A stretch of DNA of 64,000 nucleotides from Octopus vulgaris (taxonomy: Eukaryota): the NCBI GenBank assembly GCA_951406725.2, contig OX597825.1, positions 32,302,001-32,366,000 of the forward strand. Reading direction: 5' to 3'. Shown one piece after another: positions 42,670-56,212 of the stretch. A program made the position numbers and the translations under genes. The notes beneath the pieces were generated by a model that did not search any database, was not told the DNA's origin, and saw only the letters and a list, made by a program, of their open reading frames with translations. Position 1 is the first letter of the stretch. Every line of letters starts with the position of its first letter.

Positions 42670-42717
42670 AAAAACTGCCCGACGAACGGGAACGTGAAAC
42701 TCTGAGTAACAGTTTTT
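42670..42717 (+). ncRNA. Minimal type I hammerhead ribozyme with a U4C core substitution
   Basis: AAAAACTG(C)-CCGACGA-ACG GGAA CGT-GAAA-CTC T GAG-TA-ACAGTTTTT, followed by AATAAA and (TA)n. Confidence 0.65.
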
Positions 42718-42745
42718 GTGATATTTCTGCTGCTTTTAAATAAAG

Positions 42746-42778
<33 letters not shown>

Positions 42779-43227
42779 TATATATATTGTCATACAAAAA
42801 TTTTAAATTTTATTTTCGTTTCTTGCGTATGTTATATGATGATATGTTATTTCAGAGATTTATAGAGATAGCGGGAGATAATATTTCATTTTTAATTTTC
42901 TGGTATATATGATTGTTATACTTATATTGTTAATCAGCACATTGAAATGAAGATATTTAGTGATTTTCATTGCCATAAGGTATCATTCTTATTCTAATAT
43001 GTTGATGATGCGCGGCGCCTGAAATTTAATTAAATATTTTCAGGCCAATAAGATTTGACTTGTCCTTAAAAAAATTCTGATCTCAGTTGCATGTGACAGT
43101 TCGATCTACCACATTTTACATCGTAATTTTAGAACATTTGCCTTTGAGAATCTTTAAGATTTAGGCTGTTTGTATATATATATATATCTATATATATATA
43201 TATATACATATATATACATACATATGA

Positions 43228-43275
<48 letters not shown>

Positions 43276-44399
43276 ATATTTAGTGAGCATAAAATGCACA
43301 ATACTGCCACATTTATATATATGTATTTAAGTATATACGTATAAGTGTACGCATGTTGTGTGTATGTGAGTGTGTGCACGCATGCACGTGTATGATGCAG
43401 TATCGGGCTGCGAAAATCATTCCGTATCTATGGAGTTGTCCGGACTTGTTAACTGTTCAAGTGACGGAAGTGATGATGATTGAGACGAATTTTTGGGGAG
43501 ACAAATTCATACTCTGTTTTAATTAAAACCTTACTGTAGGTGATTAACGAGTTCTAATTGAAATATTCCCGATTTTATATACATTTCTCTCATCCGTGAT
43601 TCATTCTATGGAAATAAAACAGCAGACACTATTCGGAAATTGTATGGAGTTAAGTTTAAGAGAAAATATGAAATAGAGCGACTTTTTTTTGTTATGAACT
43701 GAATTAATTTAAAGAGTTGAATGAGGTTATTATTATGTTATAACAATTAGGTTACCGGAACTGTTGTTAAGCCTAGATAGTGTTAGAAAATATATAACAA
43801 TTCAGTGAAAATTAGATTGTGAAAGTCAGTTGATATGTTTTTTCCGCATCATGTCAACTGTTACACAGTCTAAGATTAAAATACATTGTTGGAAAAGTGT
43901 AGAAAATGAGATATTATTTCCAGCCGTAGAATTTCCATTTAAGATACGTTATATGAAAACAAATTGAATGAAAATCCGACATGAAACGATGCCGAAACAA
44001 GAGAATTTATCAAAGTAGTGGAACAGTTCTATTTTGAGAACAGTTATAGATGAAAGGGAAGAGATGTAGGATTTTAGTATAGTTTTCTGTGTTTAGAGTC
44101 AGATCTCATTTGCAAACATTTGAGGCTGTTTTACAAGAATTTAATTTCATTTAGCATTGCAAAACAGTGCCACAAACAGTATCTCACGATTATTAACAGA
44201 TGTTGATTCGATGCAAACGTAATAAATTCCATAATCGTTGGAATCCCTTCTGATGTAGATTCATTATCCAAACTCAAACTTGATGCCTAAAACTTTGAGA
44301 ATGATTGAACTACTCATATTCTCTACGTGAATAGTCGACTGTTCTGTTATTAATTAACTCTTGACTTATGGCTCGTCTCATTACCATTGTTGTTATCAA

Positions 44400-44605
44400 G
44401 GCAGCAAGCATACAGAATCATTAGCACACCGAGCGAAATGCTTAGTGGTATTTCTTCCGTCTTTACGTTCTAAGTTCAAATTTCGTCGAGGTTGACTTTG
44501 CCTTTCATCCTTTCGGCGTCGGTAACATAAGTACCAGTCAAAGACTGGGGTCGATGGTATCGACTTCCCCTTCCCCTGACCTTGTACCAAAATTTCAAAC
44601 CATAA
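44400..44605 (+). mobile_element. SINE family A, older subfamily
   Basis: Head and central domain match family A; tail is CCTTGTACCAAAATTT. Confidence 0.8.
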
Positions 44606-44929
44606 GTATTATCTTTTTCTTTTTGCGTCGTAGGGGCACCCACACCTCTTTTTACAAATCCTTGGAGATTGGTATTGGGATTATCTTCAGACTGTAAACC
44701 TAACCGAAAAGGCACCCAAGGATCATATAGAAATATTAAATTCGTTGATAGTTTAAATCTAACAGACAAAAAATTAGAAACAAGTGTCGATACACATAGC
44801 ACAAATGCGTCTCAATCGAAGCCCTAACAATTCTGTCAACTAACAACTCGGTCCATTATAAAAAAGAGAAAAAAAGTTGACATCGACTAGATTTGAACTC
44901 AAAATGCAATGAGCCGGAAAATATTTTTT

Positions 44930-45320
44930 TCTACTCTAGGCACAAAGACAGAAATTTTTGGGAGTGGGCCAGTCGATTAGATCGACCCCTGTATGCAACT
45001 GGTACTTAATTTATCGACTCCGAAAGGATGAAAGACAAATTCGACCTCGGCGGAATTTGAACTCAGAACATAAAGACAGACGAAATACCTATTTCTTTAT
45101 TACCCACAAGGGGCTAAACATAGAGGGGACAAACAAGGACAGACAAAGGGATTAAGTCGATTACATCGACCCCAGTGCGTAACTGCTACTTAATTTATCA
45201 ACCCCGAAAGGATGAAAAGCAAAGTCGACCTCAGCGGAATTTGAACTCAGGACGTAACGGCTGACAGAATACTGCAAAGCATTTCGCCCGGCGTGCTAAC
45301 GTTTCGGCCAGCTCACCGCC
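44930..45320 (-). mobile_element. SINE family A dimer combining two different subfamily tails
   Basis: Junction GACGAAATAC|CTATTTCTTT at ~45088. Confidence 0.85.
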
Positions 45321-46584
45321 CTGATTCGGACAAATATTGCACAACTTTCTAATGACCCTGTTAATCTCGATAAATTGTCAAGCGTTGTTTTGGCTGAAGT
45401 TTTCAAATCTAAATTGTTATTAGTATTGGGTGGAAGTAGTAGCAATTGAATATTCACTCTGATCTAACAATCACATGATGAAATGTTTAAAAAACGAGCC
45501 TGCAACAAAGCAATTTGATGACGAAATACTGAAGCAATTGGAAATCATTAATAGCTTGATATTTTATAATATCGGAATCGAATTCTTTTCTCAATTTTTA
45601 GAGCGAATTATATCACCGGTATTAACCATAATCAATTATGCTTCTCTAACGTAACTAAATACACAGACTAAATACATTGCGTATATTTATTTATTACGAC
45701 TATGTAAACATACTAATGTCATTCTTATATAAGAATAGAAAGCGATCGCGAAGTAAACGTTGACTATGATTGAGTAGTAAATCGATAAGAGAAGTTAGAC
45801 GGTTTTCAACTCGAAGCTGTTGCTATCGGATGTTTTTGACTTCAACAGAATGAGTAAAGAAATGAGTCCTGCTAAGCTGTAAAAATTGCACGAACACTTC
45901 AAGACAAGTACCAGAATAGGCATAAAATCAAAGAATTATTATTAACAGATGTTCTTTGATTTGTGAGAGATCTATACTTTGAGCATGAATTTTATGTTTT
46001 CACCCTATTGGTGTCTGGAAAATAAAACGACTCTTATTTGTCTGCGATTAACCTAGACTTTCAGGTTTTGAAAACATTCTTTTTCCAATTCGACTATACA
46101 ATTTAAGATTTATTGACTGGTTTCTTTCAACATTTTCTCTAAAGTTGGATAAACCAAGTTAGAGAGAAGCAGAACCCATTGAACTGTTGAGATTGAACAG
46201 TTTCTAAATAGTTGATAGAATAAATTTTCGATCTGTTTTTATGCATCAGAAATGGAAGCTTATTGACTTACATGTAAATGTTTATAACAGACAATATAAT
46301 TTGACCGGCTTAAAACGAGGTGCTTTAATCTACCTGAATGTTTTTATAGCACAATTGTCTCACCTTTCCTAAGTTAAGTGTTCGGTTTACGACGAGAATT
46401 TCCCTAGCATAGAATTAAATACGATTTTATTGTTGTGATGACTTAGTAAAGTTTCAATAATGTGAGCGTTGTTTAACTTTTTATAGACTACTGTAAGAAA
46501 AGTAGATTATTATATTTTGGTATTTTATTGTTCACAGATTGCAACAACTGATATTTAGCTCACCTGTGTTCATGCATACTTTCA

Positions 46585-46660
<76 letters not shown>

Positions 46661-47063
46661 TACAGGAAAGCATTAGATAGCTGAAAAGAATGGATAGCAT
46701 GGTACTGTAGGCTGCAGGTAGCAAGCCCACTACGCATGTAAGACTCCAGGAGTTCCAATAAAATCTGTGATAAAGAGAAATAATAATATCAATATTTTGA
46801 AACCTTCACTTGACACGTTTCTAATACAGAAAGTAACAGGTGCCAAATGCTCCGTATTTATTACTAACTGCATGCACACATACACACGGTTACACGTCAC
46901 AAGTTGTCAATTTATTATAAATCGTTGAAGATTTATTGTTAAACGTAGAAGAAGAGGTGGTATAAGTCGGGAAACATTTTGGGACAACTGCATCAGTGAA
47001 ATATATAGGAGTTTAAGCAAAATAAAAAGGGAACGAAACAGAACTATAAAATAATAAACAACA

Positions 47064-47108
<45 letters not shown>

Positions 47109-47112
<4 letters not shown>

Positions 47113-47315
47113 GTAATATGTGACAATTATTCGGTAGCCAAGATAAAACTCCGAGTTTCGGATGCTGAGATGGAAATCCACGCCACCATCTCAAATTTCT
47201 AGGACGCTTTTCCGATGGCCGGATAATTGAAGAGATGGTGGCGTGGATTTCCAACTCGGCATCCGAAACTCGGAGTTTTATCTTGGCTACTGAATAATTG
47301 TCACATATTACATTT
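47109..47315 (+). mobile_element. Foldback mini-element (84-bp arms) overlapping a hammerhead motif
   Basis: Arms 47109-47192 and 47232-47315; GGCCGGATAA-TTGAAGA-GATG..CATC(C)-GAAA-CTC G GAG-TT-TTATCTTGGCT at 47217-47288; (TA)n on the left. Confidence 0.75.
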
Positions 47316-47376
47316 ACAGATAAATAACTATATTTAAATAATATCGAGATCTCTTTTGTTATCTTACCGTGTATAT

Positions 47377-47413
<37 letters not shown>

Positions 47414-47524
47414 CATGTATGTATGTATGTATATGTATATATATACATACATGTAAATAAACGCTTGTGTGTATGTATCTATATATATATGTAAACATTA
47501 TACACACACACACATACATATGTT

Positions 47525-47950
47525 TAGCTACTAGCGATTGTGGTTAAACTCTGGCTGAAGAGGGTTGTTGCTGGAAGCCCATGTGTGGTAAAATGATTCG
47601 TTTCTTTGCCATAATTCCAGAAAGAATGTAGTTCTCGGAGAATTTCTACGACTTTATCAGCTCCAATTTCTGGGCTCCTAATTCTCTCGATTGTAATCTC
47701 ATACATTACTATTTGTGGTGTGCAGTTGTTGAGGAAGACATCAACCGTTATGCCTACAAAGTCAAGGTCGGGTTGGTAATCATAATCAAGGTGTTTGAAA
47801 ATCTTCTGAGGGCCACAGAGAGGGATGCACGCGCAAGGTTCCGGAGCCGTGTTGAGACTGTGGTGGGAGCTAAGGGCAGCTACCTTGAGTAAACTGCTAT
47901 CTCCCAGCCATAATCTAGTTGATATTTTTTGATTTAAAAAAATTTTAATT
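47525..47950 (+). mobile_element. Tc1/mariner-superfamily (maT/DD37D-like) transposase 3' fragment
   Basis: ENFYDFISSNFWAPNSLDCNLIHYYLW (WPPNSPD.NP.DY-like) and RFRSRVETVVGAKGSYLE* ending at 47892. Confidence 0.75.
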
Positions 47951-48191
47951 TTGGGATGAGTGTGTATTTATTATTATCACCATCCTTCCAAGCACTGCTG
48001 TAAACAGCGGAAGTGAGCTACAAGGTTAAAAGTTAGTGCCCATCACAGCAGGGTTCAAGGTCAATGTGTGCCAAGCAGCTTTACTCAGTGTGCTTTAGCT
48101 TCGTTACTATGGCAACAATCTGGATACTTATTGATCAGCCCATATATATATTTAGAGAGAGAGAGAGTGAGACAGAGACAGAGAGACAGAC

Positions 48192-48283
<92 letters not shown>

Positions 48284-48799
48284 TCTTCAATCGACGATCA
48301 AAGAGACCAGATATCCAAAGAGGAGCGAGATAACCTGAGACCAAATAGAGGAGATGAAACGGAATCTAAGTAAAGTGGTCTGCGCCGGTAAGATTTGTAT
48401 TTATTGGGAAAATTAAGAGAAAGAAGAGAATAATTTGTGCTTTACCCTTTACCCTTCCCCTTCCTCTAGCTTGTGCTCCATCTCTCTCTCCCCCACGACC
48501 AGCTTCTCTTCACTTTTCTCTTCCACCTTGTCTCTTGTCTTTTCCTTTCCTTTTTCTTTTTCTTAGCTTCTTTCTTGCTTTCTTTCTTTCTCTCTCTCTC
48601 TCCCTCTCTCTATTCATTCATGCACTCTTCACGTTGTTTTGCAATCCCAATGAATTGCTGCCGGTCACTTAGATAGAGGAAAGGTAAAGTTCGTCTGCCT
48701 TCTCGAATTTCCTTCTCACTCAACTTTGAAGAAGGATTACCCGAAACATTAGAAACTATTCACCCACCGCTTGTGTCTATTGAAATTTTTCTTATGCCT

Positions 48800-48849
<50 letters not shown>

Positions 48850-48851
<2 letters not shown>

Positions 48852-49065
48852 CAATATACATGTAAACACACAGGCGCCATGATAGATCACTAACCACTAA
48901 ACCGTTTTCTATCTTCTCTCTTTTCTGTGATCCTTTCCGTCGAAGAGCGTAGGCTCGAAACGTCAAAGACTCTCACTTCCCGAGCGTTAAACTAATACAT
49001 CTATTTGTTGTTTACACACCCGTCTTCGTCTTTTTTTTTTTGTAAATTCTCTCTCTATATAAACA
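48850..49065 (+). mobile_element. Penelope-like terminal remnant with hammerhead-like motif
   Basis: CTTT-CCGTCGA-AGAGCGTAGGCTC-GAAA-CG-TC-AAAG at 48933-48968; homologous to the 24689 and 38235 motifs. Confidence 0.55.
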
Positions 49066-49207
49066 TGTTTCTTTTCATCTACTGTATGAAGGCATATACT
49101 GTGTGCGTGCTTACAGTATATGCCTTCATACACACACACATACACACACATACACACACACACACATACACAAATACACACAAACACAGAATTCATACAC
49201 GCGCGTA

Positions 49208-49282
<75 letters not shown>

Positions 49283-49552
49283 GCACACAACAAAATATAC
49301 AGTTTTTTATTTTTCGAAATTCAGAAATATGCAATGTGTTTAAAGACAATGACTAAGAAACATAATTTAATTATCAATATTCTTTGGCCAAGCAACAGTG
49401 ACTCCTCTAACGCTTGTGCCGTCGTTGGTGGACGTATATTGTTCCTTATTGCTTCCTGACCGTAAATTAACTTGTTTGTAAAGGAACAAGAAATATGTAG
49501 ATTTGTCTCCCTTGCTTAAGCGACTTGGCTTTAATACATTTAATCATTCTAT

Positions 49553-49745
49553 GGCAGCGAGCTGGCAAAATCGTTTGGACGCCAGGCAATATTCTTAGTA
49601 GCATTTCGGCCGTCTTCATGTTCTGAGTTCAAATTCCGCCGAGGTTGACTCTATCTTTCATCCTTTCGGGGTCGATAAAATAAGTACTAGTTGGAAATTG
49701 GGGTCGATGTAGTCGACTAGCCTCCTACCTCGAAATCGCTGGCCA
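49553..49745 (+). mobile_element. SINE family A, older copy
   Basis: Head and central domain match family A. Confidence 0.8.
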
Positions 49746-50459
49746 TATATTTTTAATCCTTCCGATGCTGAAACACCGGAAACAACGAAGCACTACCTTC
49801 ATATTATTTCATATTACTTCATATTACATAGTTTGTTTTGGTGAGCTGACTGGACACTGTCAACTGAAAACCTCTGAGTTTAGGTTTTCAGCTGGTAGGA
49901 TGCAGTCAGCTCCTAATATTTTAAGAGCCCTCAAATTAGCGCAGACAACTGATAGACTACAAGTTCTATCATACCATTACTAAATAGTATGGATACAATA
50001 TGGTTGTAAAGTTATAAAGTTCGCTTTGTAATCAAGAAGTCTCGGGTTCGCTGTAAATACACAGCATCTTAGGCGCCTTCTAACAAAACTCCAGATTAAG
50101 ACACGCGTTGAAAATGGATAGCATAAACTGAGGATTATATCTGTAATTTTCTATTCCAAAAGTCTATTCTGTGTCATGCTGATTCTCCATAAGAACTGTT
50201 TTAAGGGTTTAGGAACAAAAGTTAGTATTTCCTAAACAAAAATGTTTAGGAAATACTAACGTTAATTCAATGAGGAGGTAGTTTCGTTAGGATCTATTTT
50301 CTGCAAAACGGTTCCTTTAAGAATCTGTCAACGAACATAAACTGAGGTGTTCACCAGTGATATTTTTATATTGCCACAGAACTCTGCATTCTATTCAAGT
50401 TCCGAACAACGCAATTCGAATTTAAAATTCTCAAGTTCTTATTTCACAGAATCATTTCA

Positions 50460-50677
50460 TATTTTAATCTTTTACTTGCTTTAGTCACTGGACTGCGACC
50501 ATACTGGGGCACCTTCTTGAAGAGTCTTTGTAATCGAACAAATCACCTCCCGTTTTTTTACCGCTTTTAAAAGTCTGATACGTACTGGATCGGTCGCTTT
50601 TGCTGAACCGCTAAGTTATGGAGACGTAACCATGCAACATCGCTTGCCAAGCTGCGATGGAGACAGACACAAAGACA

Positions 50678-50729
<52 letters not shown>

Positions 50730-50950
50730 TACACACACACACATACACACACACATACACAAACACACACATACATACTCATATATATGTATACACGATG
50801 AGTCGCTTCCAGTTTCCGTCTACCAAATTCACTCATAAGGTATTTGTCGGCTCATGTCTGTTGTAGAAGAAACTTGCCCAAGGTGCCACGTAGTTAGACT
50901 GGATTTGGAGCCACGTAACTGGGAAGCAAAGGTCCTATCACTCGACCACC
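50460..50950 (-). mobile_element. SINE family C, diverged, with internal (CA)n
   Basis: Reverse-complement similarity to 14841-15225. Confidence 0.75.
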
Positions 50951-52090
50951 GTGTTTTCGCCTATGAGTGACGAGATTTTAAAAACAACACATTGTAAATA
51001 GTAAGATTGTACCCGACTAGCAAGTGGCTTTATCTTAACTGAGATCGTGTAATGAAACTCAAGCAAATTCATCGCGAAGCCATTCAGTAAAACTCAAAGC
51101 TGCCAAATTTATTTTATTTTCGTTTCATGGGCTATCAAATTTTTGTCGTCGTTGTGCGACCTGGGCCCTGACACAATTCCGTATAGTTTGATTTCCCATC
51201 GAATGAATTTAAATTTGAAATCAAGTTAACAGGTTTGTGTGTTATTCAATAGCCTGAAGAATGTCTCTTACACAATATAGTTGCTATTTAGACATCACTG
51301 TAACTATATGAGACGGAGGAAAACTATTATGTGTCATTGATACACTTTCTAAACATCATTAGCAGCATTACCGGAGCGAACTTTGCATTTGATTCGGTAA
51401 TCGAAAATTCAAGGAAGCTGAGATTCTGCATATTTAACGGATAATTTGATATTTTCTACATTTTCTGTTTGGTAAACCACGGCCCGCAAGATTTTTTGAA
51501 TGGCAGGCCTTACGAAAAATTTCATTGAACTTCTTTTAGTAGTGCGGTCCGCCTGACGATGATCCACGTCTCATACAGCCCGCCTCTCGAAAAAGGTAGC
51601 TCATACTTGTTCTACATTGTTGGATTTAAAAAGGTAGTGAAAAAAGCCATAAGGCATCTCTACCTTGGATCTGGTCGCCTAATAACTAAGAGGGCGCAAG
51701 ATATATTATTAGTCTCCACAAACATCGCCTAATCCTTTTGACTGGATTATAAAGTTACTTTAAGGGACACGAGGTCTGAGAAGTTACGATAGACATACCT
51801 TTTCCAAGAGATTTAACGGTGTAAATAAAATTCGAACAAAATTCGAAATTCGATCATAATTTTGACCTGCTACGAGGTTGTCATATACTCCAAAGTTTGT
51901 AACATATCGTTCTACTAATATCGATACGTAAATATAGATTTGTGATATTGATTTCTAACAAAGGCACATGGCCGCAAATTTGGGGTAGGCATATCAATGG
52001 TGTTAATTTGATTTTAATTAACATCATTGTCTGTCTTTCGGCAATATTGATTCCTTATATACATAAATATGTTAAAGTTATTACATTTAG

Positions 52091-52144
<54 letters not shown>

Positions 52145-53531
52145 GTACACATACACACACACACATGAATGTATGTATGCATGCATGTATGTATATATAT
52201 GAATGGGTGTGTACATGTGTGACTATCAAAATAGCGTCACAAATACTAATTTAACTAGAAATTAGGAACTAATGATATCAGACACTAATACTGAAGTGGT
52301 ACTTTATTGTATAAACTATATTGATTCTATCGAGTTTTGGAGTTCACTGACATTTAATTTCAGTACCTTTATCGATTAAATGGACGTCAGTACTTCAGAA
52401 GTACTTTAATTTATCGACTATATTGATTATATCGGGTCCAGTATTGCTGCTATGGATTACATCAAGTCCAGCTATTTAACTAATACTTTATTTGATTGCC
52501 TGTATTGATTATATGGACATCAGCATTTCACTAGTATTTCATTCTGTCGCCTATATCGAGTTCAGTCTTTCCCTAGTACTTTTGTATGGCCTGTATCAAT
52601 TGTATGGATCCAAGTACATAACTGGTGTTATATTTTGTCGACAACTGAAGGATAAAGGGTAAAACTGATTCCGACAGGAGATGAAATGAGAACGAAAAGG
52701 GTCGTGTTTATACATCGCAAGAGAATTTGTCCGCCAGAGTGCCAGTTCTACAAGTCCACTTTGTTTGTTATGGAAGTAAAACAAAAAACGAAAAAGCAAA
52801 GAGATTATTTTTGATCAACAAAGAAAAAATTGCGTTTAGTTTTCAAATGAATGAATACAGTTTGTCATTTAGAAATACACATGAGTATTAGGTTACGTAT
52901 TCGTTTTGAAAATATTTGATTATCACACACTGATTAGATATGATTAATTTTTCACAGAGTGATTACAAACATTAGATTTATAAATCCAGTTTATTTACCA
53001 AGAAATTATAATACGAAAGACTGTCTGTTGTCTGAAAATTTAACAAATAAAGCTTTGTTCATCAGTTAATAATTAGTTCGTGATTTGTAGCTAAATAAAT
53101 ATTTATGACGCTATTTCAATATAGTCACTCACTTTCTCACACACACACACCACACACACACACACACATTCACACACACACATATATATATATATATATG
53201 TATACCTAAATAAATGTAATTACTATAATATATTTATATAAAGAATCAATATTGCCAAAGGAGAAACAATGACGTTAATTACAATTAAATCTCAACTAGC
53301 AACCAAATAAGAACACAAACATGAATAAATTAAAGAGAAATATTTTGAATGGAGCAGGGGAAAAAAAGAAAGAAAAAGAAAAATCTTAATTGAAATTTCC
53401 CTCTTAGTTTGGGAAAGAAAACAAAAGCCGAGCGGCAATATTTAGCGACTCTGAAAGAAAAAGGGAGATAATTTCAAGAAGTTAAGAACAAGCATTTTGA
53501 TCACTTCAAATACGTTTGACCTGTAACTAAC

Positions 53532-53833
53532 TGGCACTCCGTAGGTTACGACGATGAGTGTATCAGTTGAATTGATCAACGGAACGGCCTGCTGATGAAA
53601 TTACATGCAAGTGACTGAGCACTCCACAGACATGCATATCCATAATGTAGTTCTGAAGGAGATTCAGCGTGACACAGAATGTGACAAGGCTGGCTCTTTG
53701 AATTTCAAGTACAACTCACTTTTGCCAACTGAGTGAACTGGAGCAATGTGAAATAAAGTGTCTTGCTCAAGGACACCACGTGCCGCCAGGAATCGAACTC
53801 ATGACTCTACAATTGTGAGCCGATTACCCTAAC
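53532..53833 (-). mobile_element. SINE family B
   Basis: Homologous to 5296-5653. Confidence 0.8.
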
Positions 53834-54016
53834 CACTAAGCCACACACCTTCACAGTTTTTGACATATGTTAATTTGCCGTGGAGGACTTTTCTCGCTTT
53901 TAGCAATACGGGTTGGAAACACCGCTTTTACACACCACTACAATATTTTGGTCAGCTCCAGTCGACCAATATCTTGTACACACACACAAGACTTTCTGTT
54001 TACTAAATTCACTCTA

Positions 54017-54258
54017 GGAGGCGCGTGGCTAAGTGGTTAGGGTCTCAGCACCATGATCGTAAGATTGTGGTTTCCATTCCTGGATTGGACGACGCGTTGT
54101 GTTCTTGAGCAAAACACTTCATTTCACGTTGCTCCAGTCCACTCAGCTGGCAAAAATGAGCAACGCTGCAATGGACTGGGGAACACTTATGCCATAGAAA
54201 CCGGGAAACCGGGCCCATGAGCCTGGCTAGGCTTTAAAAGGGCGCAAAGAAAAGAAGA
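54017..54258 (+). mobile_element. SINE family B variant nested in an older family C copy
   Basis: 12-bp TSD AAATTCACTCTA at 54005-54016 and 54259-54270. Confidence 0.85.
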
Positions 54259-55164
54259 AAATTCACTCTAACGTAAGCTCAGGGTTTATTTCAAAGTGCC
54301 GTGCAGTGAAACCGAACTAGAAACCACATAATTACGAAGCGAATTTATTAATTACATAGCGATGCCTGCCATTTTCTAAATATTTTGTTTTACAAAAAGA
54401 ATGCGCTATTAAATAATGTTCTTTTTTCTTTTTGATATTAGCAATCCTTATAGTTTATGCTCTACTGCTCTTATACATCTTCATAGAATTTTATTTGCTA
54501 GAATTCGATTTTATAGAAAAAGCTATCTTTGTAAGCTGCTAGAGGCACTAAGTGCTTATATGATGCAATTGCAATTAATAAACATTGCAAACGGTAAAAT
54601 GATATTTTTAAAAAACTAATAGCATCTCTGAGATAACCGCAGAGGTTTGTTAGATTCAGAAAGGGTCATGAACAACAAGATGGTTGTGAACCATTCATCT
54701 ATAATAATAAGAAAAAATATCAATATATGCTTAAGCTTCATTAGATTTCTGGTTCATAAAACAATTGGCAATTTGACAATTCCGTCACCGTTACATATAT
54801 ATGTGTGTGCGTATGAGTGTTTGTGTACATACATACATACCTACATACATATATATATAATTACATATATATATATATATATATACACGCACATACACAT
54901 ATTTTTCTGTGTATGTATCATTGTATTTGGGTTTGACCCTCCACTACCACTCAACAAGCGTCGGTTTGGTTACGTCCCTGAGCAGAGGATACCGATAAAG
55001 TAAGTTACAGAATTTTAAAGAATTAGTTCTGCGGACGATTCCTTCCACGAAAATCCTTCAGTGCTGCAGTCGATGCCCCAGCATGGCCACTGACCAATGA
55101 CTAAAACAAGTATTAAACTAAAAGACAAGATAAACATGAATTTATACATCCGTGTGTGTGTATG

Positions 55165-55200
<36 letters not shown>

Positions 55201-55224
55201 TATACATACGTGTATATGTATATA

Positions 55225-55610
55225 CCATTCTTTTACTTGTTTCAGTCATTAGACTGCGGCCATGCTGGAACACCGCATTCAAGAATTTCAGTCGAAGGAA
55301 TCGACACCAGTGCTTATTTATCTTTAGCCTGATACTTATTCTATCGATCTCTTTTGCCGAATTGCCATGTAACGGGGAAGTAAACTCACCAACACCGGTT
55401 TCAGTCGGTGGTGAGGGATAAGCGCAAGCGTAAAGACACACACATATACGATGGTCTTCTCTCAGTTTCTGTCTACCAAATCCACTGACAAAGCTTTGGT
55501 CTAGGCTATAGTAGAAGACGCTAACAGAAGGTGCCATGCAGTGGGGATGAATCCGCATATATGTGATTGAAAAGCAAACTTCTAACCGCACGGTCATGCC
55601 TGCGCCTGTA
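55225..55610 (-). mobile_element. SINE family C
   Basis: Reverse-complement similarity to 14841-15225. Confidence 0.8.
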
Positions 55611-55826
55611 TATGAGTTTAGACAAACACAAACATAGATGCGCGCGCATATTAAATTTAAGTCAGAATGTTCAAGCAGCAGCCTGCTTCCCTTTCTTAGC
55701 TCTGAAGATTACTGGTTGACGCAGTGACCCCAGTTGATTTCACTAATAAATCTTTGACCTTTACCAGTAACACGTTTCTTCAAGAGAAGAAATACTTCCA
55801 TTCAAAACTTTGGAATTGTATGACAC

Positions 55827-56212
55827 TATGTATGTATGTATGTATGTATGTATGTATGTATGTATGTATGTATGTATGTATGTATGTATGTATGTATGTA
55901 TGTATGCATGCATGCATGCATGCATGTATGTATGTATGTATGTATGTATGAAGGTATGTATGTATGTATGTATGTATGTATGCATGCATGCATGCATGTA
56001 TGTATGTATGTATATATGTATGTATGTATGCATGCATGCATGCATGTATGTATGTATGTATGTATGTATGTATGTATGTATGTATGTATGTATGTATGTA
56101 TGTATGTATGTATGCATGCATGCATGCATGCATGCATGTATGTATGTATGTATGTATGTAGGTATGTATGTATGTATGTATGTATGCATGCATGCATGTA
56201 TGTATGTATGTA
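55827..56212. repeat. (TATG)n/(CATG)n tetranucleotide array; further (TATG)n blocks at ~56326-56492 and ~57189-57268
   Basis: Direct reading of the sequence. Confidence 0.95.

Larger units (their letters stand above)
43400..46540 (+). mobile_element. Possible very old hAT transposase relic split by SINEs
   Basis: Only faint motif traces (YSL..ESTD-like at ~44310-44345, MELIDL-like at ~46250-46275); boundaries uncertain. Confidence 0.25.

Noticed and set aside
48726-48755. TTGAAGAAGGATTACCCGAAAC hammerhead-like motif
   Set aside because: Resembles PLE termini, but stem I and the cleavage site cannot be assigned.
53030-53070. Minus-strand CTGATGA with a 5-bp stem II
   Set aside because: TAAA instead of GAAA, and no stem I.
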